From assembly GCF_001194135.2 (NCBI RefSeq), contig NC_068996.1, positions 6,091,885 through 6,148,751 on the forward strand: a stretch of 56,867 nt of DNA, read 5' to 3'. The notes beneath the pieces are model-generated. The model saw nothing but the letters and a program-made list of their open reading frames with translations. It was not told the DNA's origin and searched no databases. Positions 22,280 to 32,832 of this stretch are shown in pieces (position 1 is the stretch's first letter; every line of letters starts with the position of its first letter). A program made the translations under genes and the position numbers. The stretch comes from Octopus bimaculoides. Its lineage: Eukaryota.

Positions 22280-23272
22280 TCTCAACAACAACTTTTTCTC
22301 CTTCCATTCTATTCAAAGTGAAAGTCTTCTTTTGAAGCCTGTGTTGCATTGCCATATTTTAAAAAACACAGAAATACACTTGTGCGTGTGCATGTACACA
22401 CAAACAACCAAAAAGAACCCAAAAAACATAGATATACATATAGTCTTTTTCTGTGTTGACAAACTTTCACTTAAAATTCTCTCATTTTAAATCAAAACTT
22501 TTTAGCTACCATAGTGACAACACTATCTATCACACTCTCTCACTGTGTTTCTCTCTCAACGACTTTTTCTCCTCCCCTTCTCCTAAAAATGCATTGTAAT
22601 ATATATTTTAATTCTTCCCCTCCCTCTAATAGATGTGATCTACAGACAGATTGAGATCCTCTTCTTTTTGATAATATAAGATATATGTGTGTATGTGTCT
22701 GTGTTTGTCCCCCACCACCACCAGTGTTAGTGTGTTTACATCCCTGTAATTTAGTGGTTTGTCAAAAGAGACCAATAGAATAAGTACTGGGGCGATTGGT
22801 TCCACAGGCATGACCATAGTCTAATGACTGAAACAAGTAAAAGGTAAAAAAAACAGTTAAAGCGGGTAACATGTCTAACTATGGATCAGTAGATTCCAAG
22901 TTTGGCTCCTGGTAAGCTCAAAATTCTTAAAGTCAGATACTAGTGACATACAAATGGCACCCATGCCAGTGGCACATAAAAGCACCCATTACACTCTCAG
23001 AGTAGTTGGCATTAGGAAGGGCATCCAGCTGTAGAAACTCTGCCAAATCAGACTGGAGTCTGATACCGTGAATCACTTATTAACTCAACAATTGCTTTAT
23101 AAAAGACAAAATTTCTGTAAAACATACTCTTGCAATTTTTTACTTGTTATTCTTTGTACTTGTTTCTAATTGGTCTCTTCTTTTTATTTATTTATTTTTT
23201 ATTTGCAGGGGTCCAAATCGGAATAAACCTTTTAAATATGATTCTCAACTTGGAATTTTCACTCACAGATAA
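1446..23272 (+). CDS. THOC5: THO complex subunit 5 (FMIP), 3' part; join 1446-1520,3318-3364,6516-6615,8379-8490,9940-10041,11040-11239,[missing exon],14756-14959,18147-18337,23209-23272
   Basis: All introns are GT-AG and phases match except across the missing exon. The translation contains THOC5 hallmark segments recognised from the human protein: [95 protein letters not shown]...IFTHR*. Confidence 0.96.
1530..1746 (-). mobile_element. SINE family M variant with (TAA)n tail
   Basis: Same head and central domain as 544-774 with a different 3' tail, which is shared with 40700-40910. Confidence 0.65.
3048..3276. mobile_element. piggyBac-like MITE (~221 bp)
   Basis: TTAA|CCCTTT...AAAGGG|TTAA. 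Related copies at ~6085-6250, 14451-14684, 21215-21400, 24969-25186, 41710-41935. Confidence 0.8.
3318..3364 (+). CDS. THOC5: THOC5 exon ([16 protein letters not shown])
   Basis: ttttacag acceptor, gtaagt donor, phase 1/0; acidic DSDSD segment typical of THOC5. Confidence 0.88.
3737..3903. mobile_element. pogo/Tigger-like (Tc1-mariner) MITE
   Basis: TA|ccgttttttcaacgtgtataag ... cttatacacattaaaatactg|TA: imperfect ~21-bp TIRs with TA flanks. Confidence 0.6.
4030..4950 (+). mobile_element. RTE LINE 3' end (post-RT coding region, gap, 3' tail with (GAT)n)
   Basis: [34 protein letters not shown]...EASMLRWMC is typical of the RTE C-terminus; the conserved tail ends gttaaacgatgatgatg. Confidence 0.85.
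4965..5329 (+). mobile_element. RTE 3'-UTR/tail repeat (5'-truncated)
   Basis: High identity to the reverse complement of 12600-12930 and 31141-31550. Confidence 0.85.
6516..6615 (+). CDS. THOC5: THOC5 exon (KHRRKTT...[15 protein letters not shown])
   Basis: tgcag acceptor, gtaagt donor, phase 0/1. Confidence 0.93.
6855..7095 (+). mobile_element. tRNA-derived SINE, degenerate (family T)
   Basis: Head gtggtgtagtggttagg (A-box) ... ggtttcaagtccc (B-box-like); related to 16425-16660. Confidence 0.55.
7135..7505 (+). mobile_element. SINE family B, bipartite with internal (TA/TG) microsatellite
   Basis: Collinear with 11958-12370. Confidence 0.75.
8379..8490 (+). CDS. THOC5: THOC5 exon ([22 protein letters not shown]...SICGG)
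   Basis: tacttcag acceptor, gttggt donor, phase 1/2; matches human LHLTFYYLMNLNIMTVK. Confidence 0.93.
8502..8665. repeat. (AAT/GAT)n microsatellite
   Basis: Direct reading; starts ~11 nt after the THOC5 donor at 8491. Confidence 0.95.
9940..10041 (+). CDS. THOC5: THOC5 exon ([34 protein letters not shown])
   Basis: ttctgtag acceptor, gtaagc donor, phase 2/2. Confidence 0.96.
11040..11239 (+). CDS. THOC5: THOC5 exon (LGDFSS...[15 protein letters not shown]...LLKQLVSL)
   Basis: tctcttcag acceptor, gtttgt donor, phase 2/1. Confidence 0.95.
11958..12370 (+). mobile_element. SINE family B, near full length
   Basis: ggcgcaggagtggct..gtggtaag (A-box), ggttcagtccc (B-box), core cttgggcaagtgtcttctactatagcctcggg, internal (TA)n, 3' half ending gtcaaataactgaaacaactaaaag. 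Further copies at 2580-2720, 5680-5790, 7880-8090, 9610-9760, 13735-13900, 24210-24380, 25480-25770, 31890-32280, 34090-34245, 51200-51320. Confidence 0.85.
12600..12930 (-). mobile_element. RTE 3'-tail repeat
   Basis: (CAT)n-cgtttaacgtccgctttccatgctagcatgggttggacg... Other copies at 1750-1925, 7530-7690, 8930-9070, 10485-10570, 16965-17175, 17465-17815, 22950-23065, 30040-30345, 37480-37775, 41462-41560, 44165-44400, 45665-45820, 54260-54660, 55280-55490. Confidence 0.88.
14451..14684. mobile_element. piggyBac-like MITE copy
   Basis: Collinear with 3048-3276; ends aaaggg|ttaa. Confidence 0.75.
14756..14959 (+). CDS. THOC5: THOC5 exon (NLPYCQSLV...[19 protein letters not shown]...NDYHVQ)
   Basis: ttattttcag acceptor, gtgagt donor, phase 0/0, 68 codons. 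Confidence 0.94.
15946..16173. mobile_element. piggyBac-like MITE, second family
   Basis: TTAA|ccccttgcaga ... tctgtaagggg|TTAA: 11-bp TIR with 1 mismatch. Confidence 0.6.
16425..16660 (-). mobile_element. tRNA-derived SINE (family T)
   Basis: Minus strand reads tagcctagtggttaggg (A-box) and gggttcgattccc (B-box) followed by a non-tRNA body. Confidence 0.7.
18147..18337 (+). CDS. THOC5: THOC5 exon ([13 protein letters not shown]...EKIYPRLAR)
   Basis: Homology is strong and the gttatt donor is phase 2. The acceptor is atypical (aaaacattgaag) and was inferred from frame and homology. Confidence 0.9.
18484..20396 (+). mobile_element. Putative non-autonomous Helitron (spans gap 19146-20074)
   Basis: 5' A|TCTTAATATATAAAGCTGAAATTGTGTGTCTG; 3' hairpin acccggacaaggtcgggt followed by CTAG|T. 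Whether both ends belong to one copy cannot be seen across the gap. Confidence 0.65.
20790..21220 (-). mobile_element. RTE LINE RT fragment, decayed
   Basis: LEKAF..SVIWWA..KLGV.EW and ..[13 protein letters not shown] remnants. Confidence 0.65.
21776..22582. repeat. Three diverged tandem units of ~255-280 bp
   Basis: Each unit has aaagtgaaagt...gttgcattg...gtgttgaca...aaaactt...acaacact...(CT)n caac; starts ~21776, 22058, 22313. Confidence 0.8.
23209..23272 (+). CDS. THOC5: THOC5 terminal coding exon ([21 protein letters not shown])
   Basis: atttgcag acceptor, phase 2, TAA at 23270-23272; matches human [21 protein letters not shown]. Confidence 0.96.
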
Positions 23273-24533
23273 AAGTTTTTTTTTTTTTTNNNNNNNNNNN
23301 NNNNNNNNNNNNNNNNNNNNNNNNNNNNNNNNNNNNNNNNNNNNNNNNNNNNNNNNNNNNNNNNNNNNNNNNNNNNNNNNNNNNNNNNNNNNNNNNNNNN
23401 NNNNNNNNNNNNNNNNNNNNNNNNNNNNNNNNNNNNNNNNNNNNNNNNNNNNNNNNNNNNNNNNNNNNNNNNNNNNNNNNNNNNNNNNNNNNNNNNNNNN
23501 NNNNNNNNNNNNNNNNNNNNNNNNNNNNNNNNNNNNNNNNNNNNNNNNNNNNNNNNNNNNNNNNNNNNNNNNNNNNNNNNNNNNNNNNNNNNNNNNNNNN
23601 NNNNNNNNNNNNNNNNNNNNNNNNNNNNNNNNNNNNNNNNNNNNNNNNNNNNNNNNNNNNNNNNNNNNNNNNNNNNNNNNNNNNNNNNNNNNNNNNNNNN
23701 NNNNNNNNNNNNNNNNNNNNNNNNNNNNNNNNNNNNNNNNNNNNNNNNNNNNNNNNNNNNNNNNNNNNNNNNNNNNNNNNNNNNNNNNNNNNNNNNNNNN
23801 NNNNNNNNNNNNNNNNNNNNNNNNNNNNNNNNNNNNNNNNNNNNNNNNNNNNNNNNNNNNNNNNNNNNNNNNNNNNNNNNNNNNNNNNNNNNNNNNNNNN
23901 NNNNNNNNNNNNNNNNNNNNNNNNNNNNNNNNNNNNNNNNNNNNNNNNNNNNNNNNNNNNNNNNNNNNNNNNNNNNNNNNNNNNNNNNNNNNNNNNNNNN
24001 NNNNNNNNNNNNNNNNNNNNNNNNNNNNNNNNNNNNNNNNNNNNNNNNNNNNNNNNNNNNNNNNNNNNNNNNNNNNNNNNNNNNNNNNNNNNNNNNNNNN
24101 NNNNNNNNNNNNNNNNNNNNNNNNNNNNNNNNNNNNNNNNNNNNNNNNNNNNNNNNNNNNNNNNNNNNNNNNNNNNNNNNNNNNNNNNNNNNNNNNNNNN
24201 NNNNNNNNNTATATGACGGGCTTCTTTCAGTTTCCGTCTACCAAATCCACTCACAAGGCTTTGGTCGGCCCGAGGCTATAGTAGAAGACACTTGCCCAAG
24301 GTGCCACGCAGTGGGACTGAACCTGGAACCATGTGGTTGGTAAGCAAGCTACTTTCCACACAGCCACTCCTGCACCTATGATAGTTCATCTTATTAAAAT
24401 AAATCATCTTTAACATTCCTTTAATTGTTGCAAGAAAAAAAAATGCTGATAGAGAATGATGCTATAGAAATAATAATCTATACTCTTGTGTGCTGTCCAT
24501 TTCTTGGGTACAAACAGCAAGTCCGTTTCTTGG

Positions 24534-24572
<39 letters not shown>

Positions 24573-25671
24573 GACTTGCTGTTTGTACCCAACACACAGA
24601 ATATAGATCATTTACTACGTTGTTTTACACCTATTAATTTAAAAAAATAAATTTTGTGACCAGGTGTTAACATTGAGTTTTCGGATTCTGTGAGTTTGAT
24701 CATGTGAATTTTCCGAGTGTCTCTGCCCCCACTTGCCAGTGCGCACCCCTCTATGCTGATTCCCTTGCTCTAATTATTGAGTCACTATCAGAGCTAGAGG
24801 AAAAGTTTCAGGTGTGGAAACAAGGATAAGAATCAAAGGGCCTTAGAGACATTAGTTGAACTATTAGTCCTCTTGCATTCTGGGAGGTATCTGAGCGTTT
24901 GAATGACATTAGACCCCAACAAACGCCCATAAATTAAATGCATCTATATGGGCCACAATCATGGCCTGTTAACCTGTGCCTGATGGCCACGATTGTGGTC
25001 CGTCACGCTTTATGTGTTAATGTTGAAACCAGTCAGATCAGGCCTCTCATACCTACCTGCAATGTCATTCAAAAAATAAAGAAACAAATCATTGATATCT
25101 TGAAGCTGTTGATACAATGCATGGTTTATTTAAAACAATATGAATAAGGATTAGATTTGACAGTGATCTGAATGCTAAAGGGTTAAATTAAGGGATCTTT
25201 GATTGTTTGAGACTGTTACTAGAAATGTTCACTCAACCATGTCAGGATTAACTATATTCCAAAAATTTCCTTGCCTAATCATGTGATCATCTGCCAATCA
25301 AATTATATCCTAAACAAGGTACTAATTTGAGCCCCACTTCTTTCTTTCTCACTTAAGTTTTAAAAATCAGAAAAAATTTGTGAAATTGGTTAAGCCTTTA
25401 AAAATAAACCATCTAAAAGACTCCCAATGCATTTTTGACTTCCTTTTTTGTTTCTTCCCATGATGATGATATATATATATATACTCTTTTACTTGTTTCA
25501 GTCATTTGACTGTGGCCATGCTGGAGCACCACCTTTAGTTGAGCAAATTGACCCCAGGACTTATTCTTTGTAAGCCTAGTACTTATTCTATTGGTCTCTT
25601 TTTGCCCAACCACTAAGTTACGGGGATGTAAACACGCCAGCATCAGTTGTCAAGCAATGTTGGGGGGACAA

Positions 25672-25710
<39 letters not shown>

Positions 25711-25929
25711 CATATATACGATGGGCTTCTTTCAGTTTCCATCTACCAAATCCACTTACAAGGCTTTTTTTCAGGGACAGCTTGATGTATTGGTGAACGG
25801 TTAATGGTTTTGGAAAGCATAAAATTGCAATTGAGAAAAATTTAGTGGGCATGGCAGACTAGAAGCTATCTGAATATTGGAAAGAGTTACCTTTATTATG
25901 ATGATTCGTGGTGGGTATCAAAATATTGA

Positions 25930-26817
25930 TATGCCCGCTGTTCAAGTCTCTGTGAAACACTGTAAAGGCTGTTAGGCAAGACATGGACAGCAACAACAGG
26001 GACTACAAAGCCATTACCAGCACAAAGGGACCCAGTGGGTATTCTGATTGCACTTACATGCTGGAATTGATTCAATGACTGCAGGATAAGGTGTTGGAAG
26101 ATCTGAACAAGGGAATTTGACCTTTGGTGAGAGAGACAGGTGTTGGAGTCACCACCATGAAGCTAGCCTTAAATAAGTATCTCCACTCTACCACTTGTAC
26201 AAGAGGTGCAAGGGACAAATTCTGAGAGCCAAGGCAAAGGAGAACCTCTTGAAGAAGGCAAAGAAAATCCTGAACAAGCACTCTGTTGAACCAGGGATGA
26301 TCTGGTTCTTCTCAGATGAGAACTTCTGCTTGGACCAGTTGCACAACATCTAGAACAAAAGGTGTTTGTGTACAATTCATGTAATGTCCCGCATATGAAA
26401 ACCAAGTTCACCCAAATTGTGATGATCTTTCAATGTTTCTCCAACAGGACCTTAGACTCAGTTCAGACATTTATGTGAAGCTCCTAGAGACTGGTCAAAC
26501 TCTGGCTGGAGAGGGTTACTGCAGGAAGATCATATGTGTGACAGCAGGACTTAGCTCCTTGCTACACATCCAGAAAGAGTCAAAAGTGGTTGTCGCAGAA
26601 CTTCTACATCTCCAGCAGTTCCAATTTCTGGCTGCCTAATTTCCGTGATTGTAATTCCACAGATTACTTTGTGTTGGGTGCAACTGAGAAAGACACTAAC
26701 TGCTCTTCCTGCAAGATCAAGATGTTCAAAGATCTTCCAAAGGACACAATGAGAAATGCAGTCTCGAGCCATCTTGAGGCCATGGTGGATGCTGAGAGCA
26801 GCTACTTTGAATAAACT
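25930..26817 (+). pseudogene. Tc1/mariner (DD37D/maT-like) transposase remnant
   Basis: WFFSDE.NF, NVP.MKTKF, FW(L/P)PN..DCN..DYFVLG, HLEAMVDAESSYFE*; several stops and frameshifts. Confidence 0.75.
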
Positions 26818-26946
26818 GTTTTTTCCCAGCTTTAATCTAGTTATTATTTTTTAAATCTTTTTAATAATTTTATTTTTGAGTGGGATATTGTAGATTCTTT
26901 TTGCTTTTATGCCAACTGTCAAATTGAGCCCACTTTATGAATATAA

Positions 26947-27406
26947 TGTAAATGGGTATTCTTGTGATTAACAGTCATCCTGTTTATGAGGAATGCTGTA
27001 ATCTCAGTCACTTATACACCATGGAAGCCAGGGGCCAATGACATGGCTAACAGGGGAACAAAGTGAGTGACAGCTTGCCCCAAGCACATTTTTTCGAATT
27101 TAGCACTTTTACAACAATCTAATTTAACTCTTTAGTTCATTTGGATGATAAAAGTCAAATCTCTTTTTTTTTTTTTTGTTAATCACATGGACTTGGAAGA
27201 ACTTTCTGGGAGTCCTTATTTTATTTGACCAATCTCCCATGTTTTTGAATTGTCTGCTCAAGGCAGGGTGTCAGGTGATGCCTGTGAGGGTGCTTGGCTC
27301 TTCCAAGGCTTTAGCCTCGCCATCGCCCATGATAATGCCGCGAGCGTGCTGGCTTGTTTCAGGAGGTTCCATTAAACCTTGTGGTGTGCAACCAAGTGAA
27401 GCAATT
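26947..27406 (+). repeat. Duplicated ~450-bp segment (copy 2 at 34428-34872) containing a CRE-like retroelement 3' remnant
   Basis: Near-identical sequence by eye; encodes SGDA.EGAWLFQ.FSLAIA..NAASVLAC. Confidence 0.85.
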
Positions 27407-27511
27407 TATACATTTATATATATATGATACATTTATATATATATACACACAGGTGAGCACATAAGTGCAAAGCAAAGTGGAAAAGATAGTACTCAAATAC
27501 CAAAGGTAGAG

Positions 27512-27586
27512 TATTAAAGCTGCAAAATTATCATAGAACTGTTACTCAGTGAGTAACAGTTCTGTGATAATTTTGCAGTTTTAATA
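27512..27586. repeat. 37-bp-arm palindrome with 1-nt loop
   Basis: tattaaagctgcaaaattatcatagaactgttactca-g-tgagtaacagttctgtgataattttgcagttttaata; 2 mismatches. Confidence 0.92.
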
Positions 27587-28272
27587 GATGTATGTATGTA
27601 TGGATGGATGGATGGATGGACATACATATACACATGGTAACTGTGATAGATATTAATATTGCTTAAATTATAAATATTGAAGTAAAATTTATTAACAATA
27701 AAGACAAATAGTGTTTTGAAAAACAATTTATTTCTGCTTAATAAAATAAAAGGGTTCCTTTATGTGCCAAGTTAAGCATGAAGGGTTTCTTGGGGAGGGA
27801 AAAACTTCAATAAATGTTCTGGCAATTAAGTACTACGTAAATATCCCAATATTCAAATATCTATTGTTTATGTATTTGTTTTGTAAAATTCCTGATGTCA
27901 AATCCTGTGTTGAAACAGATATTGTTATGAGCAGAATTTAGGTTAGTTGAAATATGTTTGTCACATATTTCAACTGCTAAAAGGCAAATACACTGCAGTT
28001 ACCATGGAGAAAATATCTCTCTTATGGTAAAAAGGTGTGAAAACACCCGGTTTGTTCAGTGTCGCCATCTATTAGGAATCCCAGACATTGACACTTCAAG
28101 CTACTTGGTTCTCGTCAATGAAAGGCAATTCTGAATGAAGTTATAAAACCGTAGCTTTATATGTAATTCAGTCAACATGTTGACTGATTTGTGCTAGTAG
28201 ATCACCGGACCGAGGTAAATAACTTCCCTAATTCTGCTCAAACTTACACACTGCTTAGCACTGACATTTCAT

Positions 28273-29465
28273 TAGATATTATTTATATTTCAGGATGGAC
28301 ATATTTTTTTTTGTCAAATAAACACACACTATATATATTTAGCCTTCATTTCAGATATTTTATTTTATGTCCTTTGGCTGGAAATCTTCCGTCACACCTC
28401 CTACGACCTCTTCAGTGTCTCTCCATCCCATGTGTCTCCTTCTGTTCTGTTTACTCCATTTTGTCTTCCTAGTAAAGTCAAACAGACTAAACAGTATCGG
28501 AGGAGGTGTATGCAATGGAGAGGTACTCCATGTGGGATGGAGTATCGCTGAAGAGATCACAGGATGGAGAGCCACTTAGAAAGGCCAAATGGACTAAACA
28601 GGACAGGAGGAAACATGTGGGATGGAGAGTTGCTGAAGAGATCACAGGAAAAGAGGAGACATGTTGGATGAAGTCTCTGAAGAGGTCATATGACAGGAGG
28701 AAACATGTGGGATGGAGAGTTGCTGAAGGGGTCACAGGACCAGAGGAGACATGTGGGATGGAGAGTTGCTTAGAAAGACAAAGTAGAGTAAACAGGACAT
28801 GGGGGATGGAGAGTCGCTGAAGAGGTCACAAGACAATAAAAGACATGTGGGACGGAGAGTTACTTAGACAAAATGGACTAAACAGGACAGGAGGGGACAC
28901 ATGGGATGGAAAGTCACTGAAGAGGTCACAGGACAGGAGGTGACACATGGAATGGAGAGTCGCTGAAGAGGTCACAGGACAGGAGGAGGCACATGGAATG
29001 GAGAGTCACTGAAGAGGTCACAGGACAGGAGGTGACATGGGGGATGGAGAGTCACTTAGAAAGACAAAATGGACTAAACAGGGGAGGAGGAGACACATGG
29101 AATGGAGAGTCGCTGAAGAGGTCACAAGACAGGAAGTGACATGGGGGATGGAGAGTCACTTAGAAAGACAAAATGGACTAAACAGGGAGAAGATACATGG
29201 AATGGAGAGTCACTAAAGAGGTTACAGGGCAGGAGGAGATACATGGAATGAAGAGTCACTAAAGAGGTCACAGGACAGGAGGAGATACATGGAATGGAGA
29301 GTCACTGAAGAGGTTATAGGTTGTGTGATGAAAGGTTTCCAGACAAAGAATTTAAAATAAGAACAATAATAAAATAAACCTGAAATGAAGCAAAGTACAT
29401 AGTATGTGTGTGTTTATTTGGCCAAAAGAAAAATCACTATCTTGAAATATAACAACAAATATCTA
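28273..29465. mobile_element. Foldback-like element: long imperfect terminal inverted repeats with an internal two-unit minisatellite
   Basis: 28273-28470 is an inverted copy of ~29250-29465. ~45-bp (ggaatggagagtcactgaagaggtcacaggacaggagg..) and ~57-bp (..cacttagaaagacaaaatggactaaacagg..) units are repeated across 28580-29310. Confidence 0.7.
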
Positions 29466-29854
29466 TCCTAATTTGCAAAAATTAAAGTTAGGAAAAACAA
29501 ACTATTTACAACTTTGCTAGCAAAAAAAATGTATAAAAGAAAAACTAATTGTTCACCACAGTTCTATTCTCAAATGCTGTTGTCCAAAGAATCTAAATGC
29601 TTTCTCTAAATATATTTGATTATCAAATAGCAGGTGTGCACAGTTATTACAACTTATAAAGAATTAGCTTAATTACAGCAAAAATGAAATAAAAAGGTAG
29701 TTTTTAGCTTTTACAAGAGTCTAAATTGTTCTATCAAGTCTTTAAATTTGTGTTCAATTATCAAATAACTGATGCACACCAGAAATAGTTATACAACTTA
29801 CAAATTATAGGTTTCTTCGTAGTAAGTTAAAAAAAAAAAGTCCATTTGCAGTTT

Positions 29855-29938
29855 TTATGATAGAAAGTAATGTTCTTTTGCTTTCTCAGGTTTAACAGTA
29901 TTGGTGACGAAGACTAAGTCTTCCCCAAATATACGAAC
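29855..29938 (-). CDS. CCDC42: CCDC42-like terminal coding exon ([27 protein letters not shown])
   Basis: Strong ttttctttctttctag acceptor, phase 0; resembles IQQFIQDL-type terminal exon; TAA at 29857-29855. Confidence 0.8.
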   Translation of the reverse strand, partial: VRIFGEDLVFVTNTVKPEKAKEHYFLS

Positions 29939-32103
29939 CTAGAAAGAAAGAAAAAAAATCCTTTCATTATCTGACACAAGATCACCTCCTCCTCCAATGC
30001 TTCCTCCTCTCTCAAAGATTCTTTGTCTTACAAGTTACTTGTTGACCTTGCCAATGCTGGTGCCATGTAAAAAGCATCCAGTCCAAACTGCAAAGAGGTT
30101 GGCATTTGGAAGGGCATCCAGCTGTAAACACCATGCCAAAATGGACCTTACCTGTACTTGTGCCATGTAAAAAGCACTCAGCCCACTCTGTGAAGTGGTT
30201 GGTGTTAGGAAGGGCATCCAGCCATAAAAAAAAACTTGCTAAAAAAGACAGTGAAGTCTGGTGCAGGCTCCTGCCTGGCCAGCTCCTGTTAAACTGTCCA
30301 ACCCATGCCAGCATGGGAGGAGGACATTAAATGATGATGATGAGATTAAACACATATCTTTAAAAAAAAAAGTATACTGTTAATAAGAAATGTAGAAGCA
30401 GTGCACAAGTAAGCTAACACAGGAACATATTTGGGCGTACTCAACCATCTAGAAATAGTAGCTAAATGTCCTTCAAATAAACACTTTATCATTTAGAAAT
30501 AGAACACATAAGATTATGGTTTCAAATTTTGACACAAGATCAGCAATGTTTAAAGGATTGGCTAAGTTGATTATGTCAATACCAGTGTTCAACTGATATT
30601 TATTTTATTAACCCACGAAAGGAAGAAAGACAAAGTTGAACTTGCTGGAATTTGAACTTAGAGTGTAATGAGTCAAAAGGAATGCCACAGAGTATTTTGT
30701 GCAACACTCGTACAGTTCAACTGGTTGGTTATGGTTGGAACATGCCATTTAATTGTAGGACAGCTCATATATCTCAATAATCAAAAACAAAAAAATAGAA
30801 TTTTAAAAAATTAACAAAGGCGCAGGAGTGGCTGTGTGGTAAGAAGCTCGCTTCCCAACTACATGGTTCTGGGTTCAGTCCCATTGCACTATTGGCTGCA
30901 ATTCAATATTCTTGAAATACTCTTGGAGCTAAGTAACATCAACAACTGTGTACCAGAAATTTTAAAACTTCTGTGCCAAATGAGTCAGAAAGATTGACAA
31001 CCTGGGCCGATATGTGTGATTTAGTATGACTCATTATGACCTAACGAGTCATGTTGTAATTTTCATTGTCACACCACCATCATCAGCAATGAGACCTACA
31101 ATATTTATGATCATGAAGTCAACACTCTTCTTTGTGTGTGTCATCATCATCGTTTAATGTCCGCTTTCCATGCTAGCATGGGTTGGACGATTTGACTGAG
31201 GACTGGCAAGCCAGAAGGCTGCACCAGGCTCCAATCTGATCTGGCAGAGTTTCTACAGCTGGATGCCCTTCCTAACACCAACCACTCTGAGAGTGTAGTG
31301 GGTGCTTTTACATGCCACCGGCACGAAGGCCAGTCAGGCAGTACTGGCAACGGCTACGCTCAAAATGGTGTATTTTATGTGCCATCTGCATAGGAGCCAG
31401 TCCAGCGGCACTGGCAACGATCTTGCTCAAATGTCTTTTCATGTGCCACCGGCACAAGTGCCAGTAAGGCAATGCTGGTAACGATCATGCTCAAATGGCG
31501 CTATTTACGTGCCACCAGCACGGAAGCTAGTTAGCTGCTCTGGCAACGAGTGCATGTGTGAATGTATGTTTATATGTATGCATGTGTGTGTGAGTGTATG
31601 TGTTTGTGCATGCACATGTACATGTGTGAGTATGTATGCAGCTGTATGAGAGTCACACACATTCACATACATGTGAATGTGTGTGAGTATATGTATGCAT
31701 GTGTGAAAGTACGTGTGAATGTGTGAGTGTGTACGTACATGAATGCTTGCATTTGTGTATGTGCATGTGTGAATATGTATGTATGTGTGCATAAATGTGT
31801 GAGCATATGTGTGTATACATACAACAGAATTACCAGTCTGCTGAATTATAGCATAAATGGCTGAGTATTCCACAGACATGTGTCTTTCATCTTTTACTTG
31901 TTTTAATCATTAGACTGTGGCCATGCCGGGGCACTGCTTTGAAGAATTTTTTGTTGAATGAATCGACCCCAATACTTATTTTTCTTATTTTAAGCCTGGT
32001 ACTTATTCTATCGGTCTCTTTTATTGAACTGTTAAGTTATGGGGACATAAACACACCAACACCAGTTGTCAAGTGGTGATGGGAGACAAACACTGAATCA
32101 AAG

Positions 32104-32138
<35 letters not shown>

Positions 32139-32792
32139 GTGGGCTTCTTTCCATTTTCGTCTACCAAATCCACTCACAAGGTTTTCACCAGCCTAAGGCT
32201 GTAGTAGAAGACACTTGCCCAAGGTGTCACACAATGGGAGGGAAGCAAGCTTCTTACCACACAACCACACCTGCACCTAGGCAGAGCTAGTGTGACATGA
32301 GATAGGGAAAAGCTGATCTTCTGAATCACAAATACAACCCATTTGCTGAGCTTCCACACAGTTTCCAATTACCCAATTTCATTCCCAAGACTTGGGTCAA
32401 ATCAAGACTATACTAAAAGATATTTACCAAGACTATACTAAAAGACCATATACCACACGGAGGGATTGAAGCCAAGACAATGGTTCCAAAGCAAACTTCT
32501 TAATCACTAGGCCATGTGTGTAACCTCTTAGTTTTTTTATGAAATCATCATCATCATCATCATCATTTTAACATCAACTTTACCATACTTGAATCGGTCA
32601 GACAGAATTTATGTTCTATGGCTGAATGGTCGTCCTGTTGTGAATCCTGACTTGTTTCCAAGAGAGGTAATATTTTCACATTGGCTGATCATGTTTTCAC
32701 AGAAAAGACTGGAAACGAATAACACTGCCTATAAAATTATGATGCTCATTTTGCACCATCACATGATGTCAAGGCATGGAGACACAAACAAA

Positions 32793-32832
<40 letters not shown>

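Noticed and set aside
27635-28008. 11-bp inverted repeat catggtaactg/cagttaccatg
   Set aside because: Too short and no TSD identified, so insufficient to call a transposon.
28580-29310. Regular repeat array superficially like CRISPR
   Set aside because: Units are contiguous degenerate tandem repeats without unique spacers, the context is eukaryotic, and no cas genes are present.
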